A stretch of 62,934 nucleotides of DNA, filler included. It is 7 parts of 7 records of this genome, joined end to end, with 100 filler letters (N's around TTAATTAATTAA, not from the genome) between each part and the next. Parts side by side here need not be neighbours in the genome. Positions count along the whole stretch, not along the records: positions 37,545 to 47,621 come from SRR31156797_30780; positions 47,722 to 62,934 come from SRR31156797_30792; 5 more parts are not named here. The stretch is one strand, 5' to 3'. This document shows, piece after piece, positions 38,425 to 47,840 of this stretch. Every line of letters begins with the position of its first letter. Position 1 is the stretch's first letter. A program made the position numbers and the translations under genes. The notes beneath the pieces are model-generated. The model did not search any database, was not told where the DNA came from, and worked only from the letters and a program-made list of their open reading frames with translations.

Positions 38425-39855
38425 ATGAACTATGAACCGGTGATCGGCCTTGAAGTCCACGCCCAGTTAAAAACGGAAAGTAAAATATTTTGTTCATGTT
38501 CCACATCTTTTGGAGCATCTCCAAATACGCATACCTGCCCTGTTTGTTTGGGTATGCCCGGCGTTTTGCCTGTATTGAATAAAAAAGTAGTTGAATATGC
38601 GGTAAAAATGGGGCTGGCCGTCAATTGCCGGGTTGCAGGCCGGTCGGTTTTCGCCCGTAAAAATTATTTTTACCCCGACCTGCCAAAGGGCTACCAGATA
38701 TCGATGTTTGAAAAACCCCTTCTGGAGGACGGCTGGATAGATATCGATGCCGGCGAGGGAGTAAAAAGGGTCGGGATCACGCGCATCCATATGGAAGAGG
38801 ATGCGGGAAAGCTGATTCATGACGAGTTTCAACCGGTTTCATATGTGGACCTTAACCGGACCGGCGTTCCGCTTATTGAAATAGTAAGCGAACCGGACAT
38901 GCGAAGCCCGGAGGAAGCGGCCGCCTACCTGAAGACTCTAAGGGATATACTGGTTTACCTGGATATATGCGACGGCAACATGGAAGAAGGCAGCTTCCGT
39001 TGCGACGCCAATATATCTCTGCGGCCTTATGGGACGGAAGAGTTAGGGACGCGAACGGAACTGAAAAACATGAACTCTTTCAGAAACGTGGCCCGGGCCC
39101 TTGAATATGAAATCAGGCGGCAGCAGGCCATATTGGACGACGGTGAAAGCGTGGTCCAGGAAACGCGTCTCTGGAATGACGGCAAGGGCGTAACCGAATC
39201 CATGAGAGGCAAGGAAGAAAGTCACGATTATCGCTATTTTCCCGATCCTGATCTTATTCCTATCAATGTCGGCGAAGACTGGATTGAAGAAGTGCGCGAA
39301 TCCCTGCCCGAGCTGCCCGGCGCCAAAAGGGCGAGATTCGAAAGCCAATACGGCGTGCCTAACTACGATTCCGAAGTGCTCTGTTCATCCAGGGCGCTGG
39401 CCGATTATTTTGAAGCCGCTGTCAAGACCTTTAACCAACCCAAGGCGGTCAGCAACTGGATAATGTCCGAGTTGTTAAGGGAGTTGAAAGACGGGGGCCT
39501 TGAGGTGGTTGATTGTCCTGTCCATCCGGAACAGCTTGGCTTGTTGCTTGAAATGATTCATGAAAACAAGATAAGCGGCAAAATCGGCAAGTCGGTTTTT
39601 GAGGAAATGTTCAAAACCGGCAAAGACCCGCAGACGATTGTGAAGGAGAAAGGCCTTGAAGTGGTCAGCGACACGGGACAACTGACCGCCCTGGTGGAAG
39701 AAGTAATGGCCGAGAATCCAGGCCAGGTGGAGCAGTTCAGGGCCGGCAAGGAAAAGGTTCTCGGATTCTTTGTGGGACAGATAATGAAAAAGACAAAGGG
39801 CCAGGCCGACCCCAAGACGGTAAACCAGTTATTGCGGGAAAAATTAAAGGCATAA
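38425..39855 (+). CDS. gatB: Asp/Glu-tRNA amidotransferase subunit B
   Basis: [43 protein letters not shown]. Confidence 0.98.
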   Translation: MNYEPVIGLEVHAQLKTESKIFCSCSTSFGASPNTHTCPVCLGMPGVLPVLNKKVVEYAVKMGLAVNCRVAGRSVFARKNYFYPDLPKGYQISMFEKPLLEDGWIDIDAGEGVKRVGITRIHMEEDAGKLIHDEFQPVSYVDLNRTGVPLIEIVSEPDMRSPEEAAAYLKTLRDILVYLDICDGNMEEGSFRCDANISLRPYGTEELGTRTELKNMNSFRNVARALEYEIRRQQAILDDGESVVQETRLWNDGKGVTESMRGKEESHDYRYFPDPDLIPINVGEDWIEEVRESLPELPGAKRARFESQYGVPNYDSEVLCSSRALADYFEAAVKTFNQPKAVSNWIMSELLRELKDGGLEVVDCPVHPEQLGLLLEMIHENKISGKIGKSVFEEMFKTGKDPQTIVKEKGLEVVSDTGQLTALVEEVMAENPGQVEQFRAGKEKVLGFFVGQIMKKTKGQADPKTVNQLLREKLKA

Positions 39856-40122
39856 GCTTTTCCTGTATTTCGATCTGCATCAGATTATACGGCGTCGGTA
39901 TCCGGGTGTTTTATACCGGCGGCCCTTGGATTCGATCCGATAGAGATTTGATTCGCTATTTCTGTTTTAAAATTTATTGAAGCGCCCGTCTCTTCAAGGG
40001 GCTTACGCTCGCTGTCGGATTATTTATTAATCACGGCAGAAGTATTCGGCCCGGGTTGCCGTAATGATGATAAGTATTTATAATACTCCAAGGACCTGCT
40101 CGCGGAACAGGGCGAAAGGAGA

Positions 40123-41865
40123 ATGAGTAATCCAGCCATGACCTCGATCATAACTTTAAAGGACTGCTTTAAAACCTACACATTGGACCAGGATAAGGCC
40201 GTCAGGCCTGAAGATACTGTCGTCAGGGCCCGGCAAAGTTTTTCGGCCAAGGGCATTGATCTGATAAAAAGAACCGAAAGAATAGATAACGGGCGACTGG
40301 ACATTCCGGTGTATGTCAGTATGTGCGGCGACGATGCCCTGGCGGTAATGCCCACGAAAAAGCAGATGGGCAAAGGGGCGACTCCCGAGCAGGCCGAAGC
40401 CAGCGCGGTCATGGAAATGGTTGAACGGTACAGTTTCTTCAACTTTCTGCAAAACGGTCCGATTATAAGGGCTGCATATGATGAAGTCGCCGATCAGGCC
40501 ATGCCTTTCGAACATATTGCCGCCGCGGTTCACCATCCGGAAGGCGACTTCGACCGGGCCAAAAAGGCTCTGGAAGGGTTGCCCCTTTCGTGGGTTCCGG
40601 GATACAACCTGACCAGGGAGCAGGAATGCCTTGTTCCGCTTAACTGGTTCTACGAGATCAATGAGTTTAACGGGCCTGCCGCGGGCAACACCATTGAAGA
40701 AGCAATCATTCAGGGTCTTTGCGAGGTTGTAGAGCGACATGTTTGCGCCCTGGTCGCCAGGGGCAGGCTGAATACCCCGAGCATTGACATTGCGACTCTC
40801 GAATCCGAAACGGCAAAGGGCCTGGTAGATAAATTTCACCGTTTGGGCATCAACCTGTACATCAAGGACTTCACCCTTGATATGGGGATCCCCACGGTGG
40901 CCGCGCTGGCCTGGGACCCTTCCACTTTCCCCGAAAGCAGTGAAATAGTTTATACGGCCGGGACAGCCTCGAATCCGGAGAAAGCGCTGATCAGGGCGCT
41001 GACGGAAGTAGCCCAGCTTGGAGGCGATTTCAATACAAAAGCAAATTTTCTGGCCAGCGGTCTGCCCAAATTTTCGGAAACGAGTCAGGCCGACTACGTG
41101 ATAAATCAGGACAGTATTACTGCTATCGGGAAGCTTCCGGATATCAGCTCGGATAATATAAAGGTCGAAATAGAGAGGGCTGTTTCAGCAATTTCCCAAA
41201 AGGGCCATGACGTCTACGTTGTGAACATCACGCATCCGCAAGCGGGCGTTCCCGCTGTTTACAATATCGTTCCGGGGGCGCATTTCAGGGAAAGGGCCAA
41301 GGGGTCGAGCGTCCCGTTTTTTACCGCCAAGATAATCAGCCAGGGCGATCCCGGGTGGGCTTCGGCCAGGTTGGAAAATCTGAAGAACATATATCCGGAC
41401 GGCTATTATATTAATTTTTTCAAAGGCCAAATACTTATTGAACAAGGGAATTACACTGAGGCTGTCGGTATATTGGAAAAGGCGCTGGAAATGAATCCGC
41501 CCAAGGAAGACATGGCTGGAATTCTGACCTATTTGGGCCTGGCCCTTAAAGATATGGAGGAATACGATCGGGCCATGGAAGTATTGGAAAAATCAGCGGA
41601 GTTGGATAAGGATAGGCGGGATACATTTAATCTGCTCGGTTTTTGCCGGTTCAAAACAGGCCGGCACGAGGAGGCTATTGAGGATTTCAAGCAGGTGTTA
41701 AGGCTCGATCCGGGATCTGCTATTGATTATGCCAATATTGGAACCAATTATCGCGAGTTGGGCCGCATCGACGAAGCAATTAGTTATTACAAAACCGCAT
41801 TGGAACTTGATCCGACCATGGAATGGGTTTGGGAAAATTTGTTTAAGTTGGAGCGCCCGGATTAG
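40123..41865 (+). CDS. YcaO-domain protein fused to C-terminal TPR repeats
   Basis: GKG...ASAVMEMVERYS, NGPAAGN..EEA..QGLCEVVER, RALTEVAQ; roughly four TPRs in the last ~150 aa; AAGGAG SD. Confidence 0.92.
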   Translation: MSNPAMTSIITLKDCFKTYTLDQDKAVRPEDTVVRARQSFSAKGIDLIKRTERIDNGRLDIPVYVSMCGDDALAVMPTKKQMGKGATPEQAEASAVMEMVERYSFFNFLQNGPIIRAAYDEVADQAMPFEHIAAAVHHPEGDFDRAKKALEGLPLSWVPGYNLTREQECLVPLNWFYEINEFNGPAAGNTIEEAIIQGLCEVVERHVCALVARGRLNTPSIDIATLESETAKGLVDKFHRLGINLYIKDFTLDMGIPTVAALAWDPSTFPESSEIVYTAGTASNPEKALIRALTEVAQLGGDFNTKANFLASGLPKFSETSQADYVINQDSITAIGKLPDISSDNIKVEIERAVSAISQKGHDVYVVNITHPQAGVPAVYNIVPGAHFRERAKGSSVPFFTAKIISQGDPGWASARLENLKNIYPDGYYINFFKGQILIEQGNYTEAVGILEKALEMNPPKEDMAGILTYLGLALKDMEEYDRAMEVLEKSAELDKDRRDTFNLLGFCRFKTGRHEEAIEDFKQVLRLDPGSAIDYANIGTNYRELGRIDEAISYYKTALELDPTMEWVWENLFKLERPD

Positions 41866-41923
41866 TATTAGAGCGGCGTGGGATTTTCTATCCTGAAATC
41901 AAAGTTCCCCAAAGGGGGCGTCT

Positions 41924-43450
41924 ATGCCTTCCAAAGTTGATTTGATCGTTATCGAGGGTCCCCTAAAGGGCAGGGAATTTACATTCAGCGAGCGAACCAC
42001 CGCGGTGATCGGCCGCGGATTGGACTGCAACCTTGTTCTCCCGGACGATGAAGCCCATCGGACCATATCGCGTCATCATTGTTTACTTGACATAAATCCT
42101 CCCCGGATACGGGTTCGGGACTTCGGCAGCCTTAACGGCACCTGGGTCAGCGGCAGGCTTATCGGCCGCAGGGCGGCCGGGCAGAATCCGGATGAGGGCG
42201 CTGAGTTGGCCCAAATTGAATATGATTTGAAAAACGGCGACGAACTGAAGCTGGGCAGCACGGTTTTTTCCGTGGTTCTGTCCACGGGCATGGAATGCGC
42301 CAAGTGTAAAAAAGAAATACCGGAAAACGCAGTCAATGATTCATTGATACAGGAAGACCTGTTTCTTTGCCCTGATTGCCGGCAGGATGAAAGCAGCGTG
42401 CAAAGGGCTGAAAGCCCGCCCAGTAACAGTCTGGTCTGCGTGAGCTGCGGGGCCAGGCTGTCCACCCGGGCCCGTTTTGATTCCAATGTTGACATGCTTT
42501 GCTCAAAGTGTCGCGGCAACCCGGTGACCGCTTTAAAGGTTCTTTTACAAAACGCAAAGGGCGGTGAAAAAAGGCTGGCGGCCCTGAGTAATCTGGGAAT
42601 TATCAAAACTCTGGGCAAAGGAACGACCGGGGCCGCCTTTTTGGCCAAGGATAAATCGAACGGCGGCTTACTGGCCTTGAAAATTCTGCTTCCGGAGATG
42701 GCGGCCAATGAATGGGCCAAGGCGAGCTTTCTCAGGGAAGTTGAAAATACCAAGGTGTTGAATCACCCGAATGTAGTCAAGCTTTTTAATTCAGGCAGTT
42801 TTCGGGGCATTTTTTATTATACGATGGAATATTGTTCCGGGGGCAGTATTGAAGACATAAGAATAAAAAGAGGCGGCAGGATTCCTGTCGGCGATGCCGT
42901 AAAGATAATTCTTCAGGCCTTAAACGGCCTGGAATATATTCACCAGGCGGAAATTCCCCAGGTGCTGCTTTCCGACGGGACTTTCGGCCGGGGAAAGGGC
43001 ATAGTCCACAGGGATATCAAACCGGCCAATATTTTTCTGGCTGTGTCAGGGAAAAAATACACGGCCAAAGTCGCTGACGTCGGAGTGGGCAAGGCCTTTG
43101 ACACGGCAGGCCTGAGCGGCCAGACCATGACGGGGACTGTTGCCGGAAGCCCGGTGGTAAGCCCCAGGCAGCAGGTGATAAATTTTAAGTACGCCAAGCC
43201 GGATGTGGACGTCTGGGCCATGGCCGCAACCCTTTACAACCTTTTGACCGGGGAGTACCCAAGGGATTTTGATACGGACATGGACCCGTGGCGGATTGTA
43301 TTGGAGACCGCGGCCGTGCCTATTCGTCAGAGAGAGCCGGCCGTACCCGAGAGATTGGCTGAAGTGATTGACCTGGCTTTGGTTGATAATCCGACAATTA
43401 CTTTCCAAAGCGCGGCGGAATTTAAAGTCGCCTTGGAAAGCGTTTTATAG
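41924..43450 (+). CDS. FHA + double zinc-ribbon + Ser/Thr protein kinase
   Basis: FHA IGR...ISRHH...GSLNGT; CAKC/CPDC/CVSC/CSKC; GKGTTG, ALK, HRDIKPAN, DVG. Confidence 0.92.
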   Translation: MPSKVDLIVIEGPLKGREFTFSERTTAVIGRGLDCNLVLPDDEAHRTISRHHCLLDINPPRIRVRDFGSLNGTWVSGRLIGRRAAGQNPDEGAELAQIEYDLKNGDELKLGSTVFSVVLSTGMECAKCKKEIPENAVNDSLIQEDLFLCPDCRQDESSVQRAESPPSNSLVCVSCGARLSTRARFDSNVDMLCSKCRGNPVTALKVLLQNAKGGEKRLAALSNLGIIKTLGKGTTGAAFLAKDKSNGGLLALKILLPEMAANEWAKASFLREVENTKVLNHPNVVKLFNSGSFRGIFYYTMEYCSGGSIEDIRIKRGGRIPVGDAVKIILQALNGLEYIHQAEIPQVLLSDGTFGRGKGIVHRDIKPANIFLAVSGKKYTAKVADVGVGKAFDTAGLSGQTMTGTVAGSPVVSPRQQVINFKYAKPDVDVWAMAATLYNLLTGEYPRDFDTDMDPWRIVLETAAVPIRQREPAVPERLAEVIDLALVDNPTITFQSAAEFKVALESVL

Positions 43451-43531
43451 TTTTTGATCGGCATTGAACATCAGGTGTAACCAAGCCGGAATGAAAACCG
43501 CATTCCGACCTGAGAATAAAAATTAATATAT

Positions 43532-46500
43532 ATGTCTGCCACAGCCAAATGCTCCCATTGCGGTACTAGCTACAATAATGTCCCTGAAAAAATGGACGGC
43601 CGCCGTGTTGCCTGTAAAAAATGCGGCCTGGATTTTATTATCCGGATAGAGGGTCGGCCGGACCAAACTGAAGTGGTGCGAACGCCTTCGCAAAATAAAG
43701 CCCGGGGGGACGAACCTGCGGCGACGGTTGCGGCGCCGGTGACATATGAACCGGCGCCGACAATCGCCGCGCCCATGGATTACGATTCTTCCGATCAAAC
43801 CGCGGTCATTGAAGAAAAGGGCGACTGGGCTGTCGGCGATGTGCTTTTGGAGCTGTATGAAGTAACAGGTTTTCTCGGCCAGGGCGGAATGGGCCGGGTT
43901 TACAAGGTCCGGCACCGGCATTGGAATGTGGACCTGGCCGTGAAAACGCCCCGGACGGGCATGGTTGCGTCAGCCAACTGGGTTGAAGATTTTGAAAAGG
44001 AAGCTGAAACCTGGGTCAACCTCGGTTTACATCCCCAAATAGTAACTTGTTATTACATTAGAAGAATCGACGGGATTCCATCCGTATTCGCCGAATATGT
44101 GTCTGAAGGCAGCCTGCATGACTGGCTGGTTCCGGAAGGAGACAAGCCGGCTAAACTCTATCGGGGTTCAAAAGAGGATATCAACGAGAGAATTCTGGAC
44201 CTGGCTATTCAGATCGCCTGGGGATTGGGTTATGCCCACGATCGCGGCCTTGTGCACCTGGATGTAAAACCGGGTAATGTAATGATAAGCGATTTCGGGT
44301 CGGCCAAAGTCACGGATTTCGGTCTGGCCATGGCCCTGGCTCATGGGGCCGGTAAATCCGGCGACTCAGGCGCGTCTTCATCTCAAACGAACGGCGCTCC
44401 CCTGCCGGGCACTCCCCAATATTTTTCTCCGGAACAGGCCGGCGGATTATCTCCGACCCTTCACACCGACATATGGAGTTGGGGGCTTTGCATCCTGGAA
44501 ATGTTCAAGGGCGGCAGGACTTGGGAATCAGGAACCGTGGCCGCGGAAGCCCTGGAGGAATATATTTCCTCTGGACCGGCGGACAGGAATCTTCCATTGA
44601 TGCCGGATGAATTAACGGAGCTTCTGGGAAAATGCTTCCGCCGCGACCCGTCCGAACGCCCGGCTTCAATGGATGAAATCCAGGACTCCCTTGTCAAAAT
44701 CTATGAAAAGGTATTTAACCGGCCTTATCACCGCCGAAAGGCGCCGGCCGGTCATGCGACCGCGGACAGCCTTAACAACAGGGCCGTGTCCCTGCTTGAC
44801 CTGGGCCGCATGGATGAAGCTGAACGATTATGGGAAAAAGCCCTGGTCGCCCAGCCGCATCACGTGGAAGCCACTTATAACAAGGGATTGATTCTTTGGC
44901 GGCGGGCGCAGGCCACGGATACCGATTTATTGGGATTATTGACGGAAGTAGGCCATTCGCGCCGGGACAGGACAAGGGACCTTTATTACAGGGCTCTCGT
45001 TCACCTGGAGAGAAACGATTGCGGGGCCGCGCTGGAGACCGTCAAGGATTTGAAAGGCGACGATGAAAGGGATAGCGAAATCGGTTTTATTGAAACCGCG
45101 GCCGCCAATAATTTCAAAACATGCAACAGACTTCTGAAAGTTTATAATTCCCACGAGGGTGCGGTTAACAGTGTGAGTATGAGCGCCGGAGGCAAGTATT
45201 TCCTTTCCGGCGGCGACGACCAGACCGTAAAATTATGGGAATTGAAATCAGGTAAAGTTGTTAAAGAGTTTCAAACCCAGGGAGAAATCCAGGTAGTTTG
45301 TCTGAGCGCGGACGGCCGCACCGCCCTGGCCGGGGGAGGCGATTTTGCTTCCAGGGATTACGGAATAAGGGTGTGGGATGTTTCAGGCAAAAAGCCGCCT
45401 AAAACTCTGGCCGGGCATGAGGGCATGGTCAATGCCGCAGCCTTAAGTCCTGACGGTTCCCTGGCCGTATCGGCGGGGGACGATAAAACTGTTATGGTTT
45501 GGGACGTTTCAAAGGGCGAATGTCTGCAAATATTGACCGGACACAATGGATCGATCGGCGCCATATGTCTGGCGCCTGATGGTAAATCAGCATATTCCGG
45601 AGCTATGGATCAGACAATACGGGCCTGGGACCTGGAATCAGGGGAATGCTTACAGGTTTATAAGGGGCATGAGGGAAGGGTGACTTCCCTGTGCATGTCG
45701 GCGGACGGGAAATATTTCCTGTCGGCCGGGACTGACAGAACTCTGCGATTGTGGGAAGTCTCGAGTTATAAACCCGTGATGATAATGACCGGGCACAGTG
45801 ACGAGATTAATGCGGCTGTATTGAGTCCTGACGGGCTGTATGCGGTGTCCGGCGGTTCGGATAGGACTTTGAAATTATGGGATGTTTCCACGGGCCGCTG
45901 CATGAGGACTTTTGAAGGGCATGAGTCCTGGGTGCTTTCTATTTGCCTTAGCCGGGACGGGCGTTTTGCGCTTTCGGGGAGCCTGGATAAAACGGTCAGG
46001 TTGTGGAAAACCGAAGGCGGATTTAAACCGTTTCAAGCTCCCATGGCCTTGTCTAAAGTCTCGTCCAGTGAAAAAGCTTTTACGGCCAGGGATAATTACG
46101 AGCGTCTTCTTGCTGAAGCCGGGCAGGCTATCTCCACTGGAGATACGTCAAAAGCAGTGGAAAGCGTTATTGCCGCGCGTTTGGAACAGGGTTTCAGCCG
46201 GGCGTCCGAAGCAATGGAATTGTGGAGAAGGCTTTATCTCAACCTGCCCAGGGAAACTTTCTCGGGGGGATGGGAAGAACGGGCCTACACCGGCGACCGC
46301 CGCGGCGCAGGCTGCGTAGTGTTGAATGACTACGGCACGGCCGCCCTGATTGGTTCGGAAGACGGCCGAATAGATTTGTGGGATCTGACCGCGGAGGAAA
46401 ACAGGAGAATATTCAAAGGCCATCAAGCGGATATCACAGCGTTATCCTTCAGTAAGGACGGCGGTTATTTTGTTTCGGGCGGGAAAGATCATGTTGTAAG

Positions 46501-47533
46501 GGTTTGGGATTTGAATTCAGGAGAATGCCGAAGGGTATTCGATGGGCATGATTCAAAAGTAAACGATGTAGTGATCGCCCCGGATAACAAAACTGTTGTT
46601 TCCTGCGACGATGACGGCATGATAAATATCCGGGATGCGTCCACAGGGGCCATGACGAATTCATTTAAGGCCCACACCACGCCGGTAAATTCGCTTTCCC
46701 TGAGTATGGATGGACGCCGCGTCCTTTCGGCCAGCGGCGACTACACGCCTGAAGAAAATGTTTTGAAGCTTTGGAATCCGGGAACAGGGGATTGCCTGCG
46801 GACATTCAAGGGGCATGAACGGGCAATAAATACGGCTTGCCTGAGTCCCAACGGATTGCTGGCCGTATCCGGCGGTTCGGATAAAACCATTAGAATTTGG
46901 GAATTGGAATCAGGAAAATGCATTACGGTTATCAACGCTCATTCAGGGGCGGTTCAATCCTTGAGTGTCAGCGCAGATTCCCGTTTCATTCTTTCCGGCG
47001 CCTTTGATCATTCCATCGGACTTTGGGATATCAACTCGGGCCGGCTCCTGCGCATGTTTGAAGGGCACACGGCGCCGATAGTTTCAGTTTGCATGAGCCG
47101 GAATGTGCGTTACGCCCTGTCAGGCAGCCGGGACGGCTCGGCCCGGTTGTGGGCTCTTGACTGGAAGATTGGACCGGCGCCGCCCGGACTGTGGGACGAG
47201 CGGGCGCGTCCCTGGTTGAAAGCTTTTTTGATAGTGAATAATATTGCGGCAGCCGATGGAATTGAAATTCTCGATCCTTCCCATCATTTTTCAGAAGAAG
47301 ATATGAAGGAAATAATGTTCGATCTGGGTTGCGCGGGATTTGGTCCGATAAAGCCGGAACGGGTTAAAATGGAATTGGAGAAAATGATTGCTCCTGTAGA
47401 GGAATCTTTGGAGGAAAGCGGTGTCTTTGAAGGATTGGAAGCCGGGGACGGAAAGGCGGAAGCTGAAGTAACCAAGGGCGGCTTGATAGCCAGGCTAACC
47501 AGGCGATTCGGGAAAAAAGGACGGTCGGCATGA
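43532..47533 (+). CDS. Zinc-ribbon + Ser/Thr kinase + TPR + 14 WD40 repeats
   Basis: CSHC/CKKC; GQGGMG, AVK, HLDVKPGN, DFG, SPE; TPR segment; two blocks of seven GH...WD-type repeats. Confidence 0.93.
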   Translation: MSATAKCSHCGTSYNNVPEKMDGRRVACKKCGLDFIIRIEGRPDQTEVVRTPSQNKARGDEPAATVAAPVTYEPAPTIAAPMDYDSSDQTAVIEEKGDWAVGDVLLELYEVTGFLGQGGMGRVYKVRHRHWNVDLAVKTPRTGMVASANWVEDFEKEAETWVNLGLHPQIVTCYYIRRIDGIPSVFAEYVSEGSLHDWLVPEGDKPAKLYRGSKEDINERILDLAIQIAWGLGYAHDRGLVHLDVKPGNVMISDFGSAKVTDFGLAMALAHGAGKSGDSGASSSQTNGAPLPGTPQYFSPEQAGGLSPTLHTDIWSWGLCILEMFKGGRTWESGTVAAEALEEYISSGPADRNLPLMPDELTELLGKCFRRDPSERPASMDEIQDSLVKIYEKVFNRPYHRRKAPAGHATADSLNNRAVSLLDLGRMDEAERLWEKALVAQPHHVEATYNKGLILWRRAQATDTDLLGLLTEVGHSRRDRTRDLYYRALVHLERNDCGAALETVKDLKGDDERDSEIGFIETAAANNFKTCNRLLKVYNSHEGAVNSVSMSAGGKYFLSGGDDQTVKLWELKSGKVVKEFQTQGEIQVVCLSADGRTALAGGGDFASRDYGIRVWDVSGKKPPKTLAGHEGMVNAAALSPDGSLAVSAGDDKTVMVWDVSKGECLQILTGHNGSIGAICLAPDGKSAYSGAMDQTIRAWDLESGECLQVYKGHEGRVTSLCMSADGKYFLSAGTDRTLRLWEVSSYKPVMIMTGHSDEINAAVLSPDGLYAVSGGSDRTLKLWDVSTGRCMRTFEGHESWVLSICLSRDGRFALSGSLDKTVRLWKTEGGFKPFQAPMALSKVSSSEKAFTARDNYERLLAEAGQAISTGDTSKAVESVIAARLEQGFSRASEAMELWRRLYLNLPRETFSGGWEERAYTGDRRGAGCVVLNDYGTAALIGSEDGRIDLWDLTAEENRRIFKGHQADITALSFSKDGGYFVSGGKDHVVRVWDLNSGECRRVFDGHDSKVNDVVIAPDNKTVVSCDDDGMINIRDASTGAMTNSFKAHTTPVNSLSLSMDGRRVLSASGDYTPEENVLKLWNPGTGDCLRTFKGHERAINTACLSPNGLLAVSGGSDKTIRIWELESGKCITVINAHSGAVQSLSVSADSRFILSGAFDHSIGLWDINSGRLLRMFEGHTAPIVSVCMSRNVRYALSGSRDGSARLWALDWKIGPAPPGLWDERARPWLKAFLIVNNIAAADGIEILDPSHHFSEEDMKEIMFDLGCAGFGPIKPERVKMELEKMIAPVEESLEESGVFEGLEAGDGKAEAEVTKGGLIARLTRRFGKKGRSA

Positions 47534-47595
47534 TATCATTATAACGGTTCTCATAATTAAATACCGATTTCAGTTGTTTCCCGAATAGTTGGACT

Positions 47596-47621
47596 GTAGG
47601 GGCACGGCGCGCCGTGCCCTT
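47596..47621. repeat. GTAG-type REP palindrome
   Basis: GTAG followed by the perfect 20-bp palindrome GGGCACGGCGCGCCGTGCCC at the contig end. Confidence 0.7.
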
Positions 47622-47721
47622 NNNNNNNNNNNNNNNNNNNNNNNNNNNNNNNNNNNNNNNNNNNNTTAATTAATTAANNNNNNNNNNNNNNNNNNNNNNN
47701 NNNNNNNNNNNNNNNNNNNNN
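47622..47721. other. Artificial contig spacer
   Basis: N run + TTAATTAATTAA + N run. Confidence 0.99.
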
Positions 47722-47840
47722 TTAGAGTTACGAATTTAGAGTTACGAATTTGGAGTTACGAATTTATGCCATAGGCATTCCTATCGGGAGAATTACGAAT
47801 TTAGCAATTACCGATTTACAAATTACCAATCACCAATTAC
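47722..47840. repeat. 7/14-nt period tandem repeats
   Basis: TTRGAGTTACGAAT x3, then degenerate AATTAC-type heptamers. Confidence 0.8.

Noticed and set aside
904-39855. glnS and gatB together as redundant Gln-tRNA routes
   Set aside because: They are on different contigs from evidently different organisms.
39856-40122. RiPP precursor peptide upstream of YcaO
   Set aside because: I found no convincing short ORF with an SD or a Cys/Ser/Thr-rich core.
9863-47721. Recurrent TTAATTAATTAA flanked by N runs
   Set aside because: Identical 100-nt artificial joiners with stops in all frames; not a biological repeat or CRISPR.
47722-47766. CRISPR array
   Set aside because: Head-to-tail 14-nt units with no unique spacers and no cas genes.
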